Shown here: in pieces, positions 58,209 to 64,000 of the stretch
Position numbering within the stretch: position 1 is the stretch's first letter
Layout of the letters: each line of letters begins with the position of its first letter
From: an uncultured Candidatus Poseidoniales archaeon
GTDB lineage: Archaea; Thermoplasmatota; Poseidoniia; Poseidoniales; Thalassarchaeaceae
Assembly (NCBI GenBank): GCA_902511005.1
Contig: CABXDN010000001.1
Coordinates: 106,593 to 170,592 of the forward strand
DNA length: 64,000 nucleotides
Direction: 5' to 3'
The notes under the pieces: model-generated
Told to the model about the DNA's origin: nothing
Database searches by the model: none
Seen by the model: only the letters and a program-made list of their open reading frames with translations
Program-made: the position numbers and the translations under genes

Positions 58209-59200
58209 ACGTTTGCCTCCCCTGTATGCTCAGAAGTCATAAGGTCAGATGTTTTCTTGACTTCTGCACCTAATTTATCCATTATAAGTAAAAAGATATC
58301 TTCTAAATCAGGTTCATATTCACCCATCTTTCTTACTTGCACACCACTTTCAACAGCACATTCTAAAATTATTGAAATTGTATCTTCAGACTCTACTTTA
58401 ATCCTCATTACTCTACCTAGACGTCTGACTATGAGTCCTTTAGATTCCAAAGAATCTTGCATCCTAGATGAACCGCCCCAAACAGATATTTCTATTTCCT
58501 CATCAACTTGTTTGGCAAGCTCATCTATTCTCCTATGGACTACTATTTTGCCCTTATGAATCATAACAATATCATCACATACTTCTTGAATATCATCCAT
58601 GACGTGGCCACTCATCAATACAGTTCTACCTCCTTGATTAACTGTGTTCCTAAGTGTTTGTAACATAAAATCACGAGCACGTTGATCAAGACCGTTGGTT
58701 GGTTCATCGCATATGAGAATTTCCGGATCATGGATTAATGCACAAGCAAGTTTAGTCGCTTGTTTCATACCTGTACTAAATGTTTCAATTTTACGATATC
58801 TTTGATCTTTGAGGCCAACATATTCTAACACTTCATGCGCCCTTTGAGTCGCTTGAGAGGGATTCATTCCAATTAATTCACCAGAATAGCGTACTTGATC
58901 AATTGCAGATAATCCGGGATCTAAAGAGTCATATTCTGGCATATATCCAATTTTTGAACGTATTAGATCACCCTGAGTTCTGATATCATAACCTAGAACT
59001 GTTCCCTCGCCTGAAGTAGTTGTAATCAAACCTAAGATGCATTTGAAGAAAGTAGATTTACCCGCACCATTAGGTCCAAGAATTCCAGTAGCACCCGATT
59101 CGAGTTTTAGATTCAGACCCTGGAGAGCAATATGAGGACCATACATCTTGACCAAATCTTTGGTCTCAATTACCAATTTGGGGTCTGAATTAACAGTCAA
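58205..59200 (-). CDS. ABC transporter ATP-binding protein (ABC-2 subfamily)
   Basis: Walker A GPNGAGKST, signature FSTGMKQATKLACAL, Walker B LICDEPTNGLD, and a C-terminal regulatory-type domain. TTG start. Confidence 0.9.
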   Translation of the reverse strand: MTVNSDPKLVIETKDLVKMYGPHIALQGLNLKLESGATGILGPNGAGKSTFFKCILGLITTTSGEGTVLGYDIRTQGDLIRSKIGYMPEYDSLDPGLSAIDQVRYSGELIGMNPSQATQRAHEVLEYVGLKDQRYRKIETFSTGMKQATKLACALIHDPEILICDEPTNGLDQRARDFMLQTLRNTVNQGGRTVLMSGHVMDDIQEVCDDIVMIHKGKIVVHRRIDELAKQVDEEIEISVWGGSSRMQDSLESKGLIVRRLGRVMRIKVESEDTISIILECAVESGVQVRKMGEYEPDLEDIFLLIMDKLGAEVKKTSDLMTSEHTGEANV

Positions 59201-59277
59201 AAAATCACCAACACCCTACGGGTGTCATTACTTCGTTAGAATTTGTCCTATTGAATGAATCGCCTACAAGACCTGAA

Positions 59278-61446
59278 TTATGCGTCCGAATATTTAAGGG
59301 CGCCATCGCGAACTCTGACAGCGAGTCCTTTGGTAAGATAGGCCATTTCTCTAGCAGTGGTTATTGAAGTACCGTGTGCAACTAAATCCCCATTAGAATC
59401 CACTACCAAGCAAGGTTGCCCAGGAATAAGATGAGGATCGGCTCCCAATACATAGCCTTGCATGACATTCCTTCCTTGCCCTACAAACGGTATGGCATCA
59501 TCAACAATCATAACTCTAGCAAGCCCAGGGTGATCTAATTCATCACCTTCAAATTCTTCCCCAAAAATAAGAGGCGGAGAGGAATATTCTGAGTTAATCA
59601 TTTTTGCACCTTCTAATGTTAAAGATATACCACCATCATTTAATCTCGGAGAAATGGTGTGAATACCTCCAGAGTAAACGTTTACCATTCTATTTGTTTT
59701 AGACCTTCGACTTGTCATTTCAGAAGTAACTTTGCATCCCAAAGATGGAGCTATGCCATTTAAAACTGATAATTTATCTACAATTGAACACCTATCAAGC
59801 CAATCTCTAATTATTTTACTACCTTCAATGCGCTCATCGGGGCTAGGCCCAGGAGAAATTCGAATAAATGGGAGATCAGATAGGTCTAACTCATATAATT
59901 CTTGAATTATTTCATCTTCATCGAGAGGTAAATCCCAGACTTCATCGGCACAATCAATATGACACCAAGGAGAAACGTCTTCCATACTGTAAGGTATCAG
60001 GCCGATAGGTGTTGAAATAAGAATTATCGACCTAGGTTCATCAATTAAACAAGAAATTACGGTGTGTAGTGAACTATCTCTCCATGGGGGTTTAGAACCT
60101 TCAATGATAACCACTCTTTGAGGCTCTTCGGAAGACTCATCCCACCAAGAACCAGGAATTCTCCATCTCATCGCAAGTAAGGATTTGAAATGTAAAATAT
60201 GAGGCCTCTCTTCAATATCATCAACTAAATTTTCACCACCACTCCTAACAGGATTAGTAGATGAAATCATCCTCATCGACGATATACCAACCGGCCCCTC
60301 ATCTGGATTATCTAATTGCTCTAATATCCACAAAAAAGCATCTCTTAACTGAGCTGAGGAATGGCTTCTTTCTTCCGCTAAAAGCCATATTTTCCCATTC
60401 CTTACTGCCTCACGACAACGCGCTAATTCTGACTGAGTAACTTCTAGATTATGTCTCGCTAGGATTTTCTCTCGTTCTTTTGAATCTAATGCTCTAACTT
60501 CTTCAGGGGTCCAATTAAATAGTTCTGAGGACTGATATGGCCATTCATTAATTTCTTCGAGACGGACAGTTCCTGTTGGTGTTAGGAGACGTCCACCTCT
60601 TGCAAAAAGTGCATAGGCAGCAGAATCGAAAATATCTACTCCGAGCGCTATTGACATTGGAAAAAGTAACGGGTGACCACACCCGAATAGATGAATTGGC
60701 CTATTAGGAGGAATAGTAGACTTCGCTGAGAGAAGAATTTTGAATAGTTCCCTATATCTTTGATTTTCCATTAGAGGGACAATACCTCCTATCGGATGGA
60801 CAGTAAATCCCCTATATTCGCCGCTAATACCCCCCATTAATTCACCAGATAATGCTCTAAGATCATCATGTAGACCTCCTTGTATCGGACCATTTAGGAG
60901 TAATTCTTCACCCGCTTTTTCAAGAGAAATAGGGCTTCTTTCTGCGGTAACCTCAACTGCAGAAATAAGTTCATCTCTACTCATATCTGGTCGACCGAAA
61001 ACATCGAGCATAGTTCCTATATCGACACCAATATTTCTTTGAAATTCAACTATTTCTTCTACACCAACTTCCACATCGCCATATACATAGGATTGGAATG
61101 TCCCTGAATCTGTAACGATTACTCCTGGGAAATCTATTAATTTATGAACTCCTTTTTCTAAAGCAAATTCACTAAGATCATCATGTTTCCACATAACATA
61201 AGAATTTGTTATCAAGCCCTCTACTCGGTACTTCTCCCACATCTCTCTGGGCTCTATTGTTCGAATATTTGGGTTGACAACTGGAAGAAGCATCGGAGTG
61301 TTAAGTAAACCATGTTTAGTATGTATGCGGCCGATTCTTGCAGCACCATCTCTCTGAATAATTTCGAATTTACCGAGATCTTGTGGGCGGCAAGGGACGG
61401 GATCTGGACGAGTACTCACAATAGGTCTGCGATACTGGTTGGTCAT
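59278..61446 (-). CDS. tgtA: Archaeosine tRNA-guanine transglycosylase (ArcTGT) with C-terminal PUA domain
   Basis: VTDSGTFQSY, IQGGLHDDLR, HLFGCGHPLLFPMSIALGVDIFDSAAY, and a C-terminal PUA-like segment. The ATG at 61446 overlaps the upstream stop (TGATG); the track TTG is at 61449. Confidence 0.85.
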   Translation of the reverse strand: MTNQYRRPIVSTRPDPVPCRPQDLGKFEIIQRDGAARIGRIHTKHGLLNTPMLLPVVNPNIRTIEPREMWEKYRVEGLITNSYVMWKHDDLSEFALEKGVHKLIDFPGVIVTDSGTFQSYVYGDVEVGVEEIVEFQRNIGVDIGTMLDVFGRPDMSRDELISAVEVTAERSPISLEKAGEELLLNGPIQGGLHDDLRALSGELMGGISGEYRGFTVHPIGGIVPLMENQRYRELFKILLSAKSTIPPNRPIHLFGCGHPLLFPMSIALGVDIFDSAAYALFARGGRLLTPTGTVRLEEINEWPYQSSELFNWTPEEVRALDSKEREKILARHNLEVTQSELARCREAVRNGKIWLLAEERSHSSAQLRDAFLWILEQLDNPDEGPVGISSMRMISSTNPVRSGGENLVDDIEERPHILHFKSLLAMRWRIPGSWWDESSEEPQRVVIIEGSKPPWRDSSLHTVISCLIDEPRSIILISTPIGLIPYSMEDVSPWCHIDCADEVWDLPLDEDEIIQELYELDLSDLPFIRISPGPSPDERIEGSKIIRDWLDRCSIVDKLSVLNGIAPSLGCKVTSEMTSRRSKTNRMVNVYSGGIHTISPRLNDGGISLTLEGAKMINSEYSSPPLIFGEEFEGDELDHPGLARVMIVDDAIPFVGQGRNVMQGYVLGADPHLIPGQPCLVVDSNGDLVAHGTSITTAREMAYLTKGLAVRVRDGALKYSDA

Positions 61447-63191
61447 CAATCCTCGCTTGCACGAGATGTGACGGAAACACTGACAATCCCATCTCTAAGA
61501 GACATAGACACCTGGTCACCACTATTTATCTCTAAAGTCGGATCTAAGTTGAAACCATGAGAATAAGGGACGTTTAACAGAGAGGCAGCTGGTAAAGTAA
61601 GAGGGCATACATCGCAATTTAATATGGCCTTAGGCCCTTTACCAGTATACATTAAACCCATCAAAACAAATGGTGCCACTGTTGAACCAGAGCCTTTTGG
61701 ATATATCAAAATTGTATCTTCGATTGCAGCACCATCAAGTGGATGACCTCTCTCTTCAATAACTCCTGTGTCTCTGTTCACATATCCGAGGTAAGTAATT
61801 GGAACGTCTGTAACCAAAGCTCGACCTTCGATTGACCACTCTGTCTGGCTAGGGAGACTTTTTCCGAAAAGATTTAATTCACCAGATTTATGAATTTTAT
61901 TGGAGAACATTGGTTTGACATTATTATGTCCTAATTTCGGCCTAGGTGATTGAATTAGAGTAGGGTCAAAAGCATGAGCCACGCATTCTGAGATTGTAGA
62001 TACACTAGTTGGCATTTTATTCAATCCAGAGGTCAGATAATGTTCAGCCTTTAGAGAGTTAGTCAATATATGATTGTACTTATTTCTGTTATATGGAGTG
62101 ACTTCTGGACAAGTATCTTTCAAAATTAATGCACCTGCTTCTTCGAGAATATCGATAGTACCATCAGATTCTAATATCTCATAATTATAACCACTCGTAA
62201 ATACCCATAATCTCTGATTAGGAATAACCTCCCCAAGCTCCATTCTCGAACGAACAAAAGAGGCAGCGGTTCTAACTTCACCAACACTCGCCTGAGGACA
62301 ACCGATTACGACTAAATCAACAATTCCTTTAGGCGCTAATTCTTGATAACGAATCTGTAAGTCACTCTCTGTGAATATTAATTCACCTTCATAAGAATCA
62401 GTATCGGGAGGAGAAACTGTATGGCCATCGGCCCAGAGCATAGGGCATCCATAATTTGCTGCTGCTGCAGTCAAAGCCTTGCGCATTTCGAAACTAGCGA
62501 ATTCAGGAAGACCAGAAATATGCGGCATCATACCCCAAGGTAACTTCCATTCAGGTCGTATTTGTTTACCTATCCAATCACCTAATACACTCCAATCTGA
62601 AATATTATCCATAGAACATTGAACTTTTACATGAATATTGGGGAAACGATTCTCATCTAAATGGAGCCCCCAAAGAGGAGCCCATCCCGTTAGTGCAGTA
62701 GCTAATGCAGATAAACCAGATTCACGGTTAGTAATCAAAGAGGTATAAGAATTTGAAAAACAGACTGCATTTGATTCCGCCCAAGATCCTATGCCTTCAG
62801 ATAGTTCTACTCCTCTATCATATGGAGTACAAGATAATGTAGCATCAATTCCTAGATTAGAATAGGCCTCAATAATTTCAAATTGATGTTTTAGAAAGTC
62901 AGGGTAATCAATACCCATCTGCTCCATTTTTTCTCTATCACAGCCGGCAGAGTTGAGAGTCGTAGGTATTGAAACAACTCCTTCATGATCACCTGCCAAG
63001 TCAGATAGGAATCTTCGTAGACCGTGACCCCCAGTAATTACACTAACTCCTGAAACATGAGCATGCTCACATCTAACAAAATCTTCCGCCCCTGCTGTCG
63101 AGGCAAGATCAATCACAAGTCTCGCTGCCTTCTGTTTAGTTGTACCATATTTGCCATCGAGCATCAAAGTTAACTCACTAGGTACATTCAC
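61446..63191 (-). CDS. Aconitase X family protein, fused large (DUF521) and small (DUF126) domains
   Basis: LMLDGKYG..AHVSGVS..IPTTLNS..LSCTPY..SWAESNAVCFSNS..ITNRESG (DUF521 pattern), followed by GRALV..YLGYVNRDTGVI..YPKGSGSTVAPFVL (DUF126 pattern). GTG start. Confidence 0.8.
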   Translation of the reverse strand: MNVPSELTLMLDGKYGTTKQKAARLVIDLASTAGAEDFVRCEHAHVSGVSVITGGHGLRRFLSDLAGDHEGVVSIPTTLNSAGCDREKMEQMGIDYPDFLKHQFEIIEAYSNLGIDATLSCTPYDRGVELSEGIGSWAESNAVCFSNSYTSLITNRESGLSALATALTGWAPLWGLHLDENRFPNIHVKVQCSMDNISDWSVLGDWIGKQIRPEWKLPWGMMPHISGLPEFASFEMRKALTAAAANYGCPMLWADGHTVSPPDTDSYEGELIFTESDLQIRYQELAPKGIVDLVVIGCPQASVGEVRTAASFVRSRMELGEVIPNQRLWVFTSGYNYEILESDGTIDILEEAGALILKDTCPEVTPYNRNKYNHILTNSLKAEHYLTSGLNKMPTSVSTISECVAHAFDPTLIQSPRPKLGHNNVKPMFSNKIHKSGELNLFGKSLPSQTEWSIEGRALVTDVPITYLGYVNRDTGVIEERGHPLDGAAIEDTILIYPKGSGSTVAPFVLMGLMYTGKGPKAILNCDVCPLTLPAASLLNVPYSHGFNLDPTLEINSGDQVSMSLRDGIVSVSVTSRASED

Positions 63192-63242
63192 GACTACTGG
63201 GTGACGAGGGGACTCGATAAAGCATAAAGGTGATTTATCCGA

Positions 63243-63965
63243 TTATTGATGACTTCTCTGCCTTTGTGCTTCTATGGCGACTGCACTTAATGGTGCTTGT
63301 AGATTAAAGGATGGAACAAAACCGGACATTGGTATACGAACTATTTCATCTGATTCAGATAGAATATCTTCAGATATGCCATTTCTTTCACCGCCAACAA
63401 TCAAAACTACATTTCCAGTCATATCTACATCCCAAGGAGCAGCAGTACCTACGTCTTCTACCGAAATTATTCTAAAACCATATTTTTTTGCCATTATTAT
63501 TGCATCGAATCCAGAAGTCCAATGCACCGGTAAAAATCTATGTGCTTTCATTGATGCACGTTTTGCGGCACTTCTTTCCTGATTATTTAATTCTGCATCT
63601 ACTATGACTGCACTAGCTCCAGAAACCTCTGCAGTCCTTATACAAAAACCAATATTAACTGGATAAGCCGCACCTGCAAGAAGCCAGACGAGACCTCCAT
63701 TTGAAAAAACTTCTTCCAATGAAAAATCGGGATTGCGACCTACCAGAGCGAGTATATTGGGGATACCTTGACTATTATCTCTAGACATCCTCCAAAGATC
63801 ATTTTCTGAGCCATGAATAATCTTAATTTCCGAACTTTCAGCATATTCTAATATTTCTTGAAGTTTTGGTGAAGAAGAATCTCTTTTCACTAAAATGAGG
63901 CTTACGTTCTCGTTATTTTCGAAAGCCGCAAGAACTTCATCTTCACCACATCTTTGCATATTCAT
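63243..63965 (-). CDS. SpoU/TrmH-family RNA 2'-O-methyltransferase
   Basis: PVNIGFCIRTAEVSGASAVIV, LIVGGERNGIS, IPMSGFVPSFNLQAPLSAVAIE. GAGGTG RBS. Confidence 0.8.
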   Translation of the reverse strand: MNMQRCGEDEVLAAFENNENVSLILVKRDSSSPKLQEILEYAESSEIKIIHGSENDLWRMSRDNSQGIPNILALVGRNPDFSLEEVFSNGGLVWLLAGAAYPVNIGFCIRTAEVSGASAVIVDAELNNQERSAAKRASMKAHRFLPVHWTSGFDAIIMAKKYGFRIISVEDVGTAAPWDVDMTGNVVLIVGGERNGISEDILSESDEIVRIPMSGFVPSFNLQAPLSAVAIEAQRQRSHQ

Positions 63966-64000
63966 TAATTCACCTCAAACTATATCATATAAACTAAGAA

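Noticed and set aside
59211-59225. Hairpin ACACCC-TAC-GGGTGT between tgtA and the ABC operon
   Set aside because: A short 6-bp stem whose downstream T-run overlaps the next gene's RBS and start. It could be a weak terminator, but the evidence is insufficient.
1-64000. Search for CRISPR arrays, transposases, integrases, toxin-antitoxin pairs or other defence islands
   Set aside because: No repeat-spacer periodicity, and none of the ORFs showed recombinase, nuclease or defence-type motifs. The window looks like core chromosome.

Overview
AT-rich archaeal chromosomal segment. The archaeal assignment rests on a thermosome, ABCE1, archaeosine tRNA-guanine transglycosylase, a 220-aa archaeal-type TIM, archaeal NMN adenylyltransferase, CTP-type riboflavin kinase, ribosomal protein L41e and an intron-containing tRNA-Trp. 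By inference only, the gene content (secreted subtilase, large surface glycoprotein, peptide ABC importer, D-amino-acid oxidase, TCA enzymes) fits an uncultured marine heterotrophic Thermoplasmatota-like (MGII/MGIII-type) archaeon. I call about 57 protein genes, 3 tRNA genes (Trp-CCA with intron, Ala-GGC, Arg-TCT; all with encoded CCA), one intron-borne box C/D sRNA, one weaker K-turn RNA candidate and one hairpin/U-tract terminator. I saw no rRNA, CRISPR array, transposase or integrase. The ORF track uses alternative start codons, so where I could read the start codon I moved several starts to a downstream ATG/GTG with a GGAGG/GAGGTG-type RBS. The main observations are listed here. (1) The tRNA-Trp intron is a C/D sRNA whose D guide pairs across its own exon-intron junction and selects wobble C34. 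(2) In the Opp/Dpp-type peptide ABC importer, one ATPase (OppD-like) and one permease (OppC-like) carry large hydrophobic internal insertions. (3) A tightly coupled double ABC-2 exporter operon includes an Asp-rich exodomain permease, a Trp-rich tocopherol-cyclase-like protein and a PH-domain membrane protein. (4) An apparently circularly permuted GDPD phosphodiesterase. (5) An ArcTGT lacking the CxCxxC zinc motif, start/stop-coupled to a fused aconitase-X. (6) A Cys-bounded N-terminal module shared by two lipobox proteins. (7) A convergent, overlapping pair of eukaryote-type D-amino-acid oxidase and type II glutamine synthetase. All functional calls come from motif recognition by eye; no database search was run.
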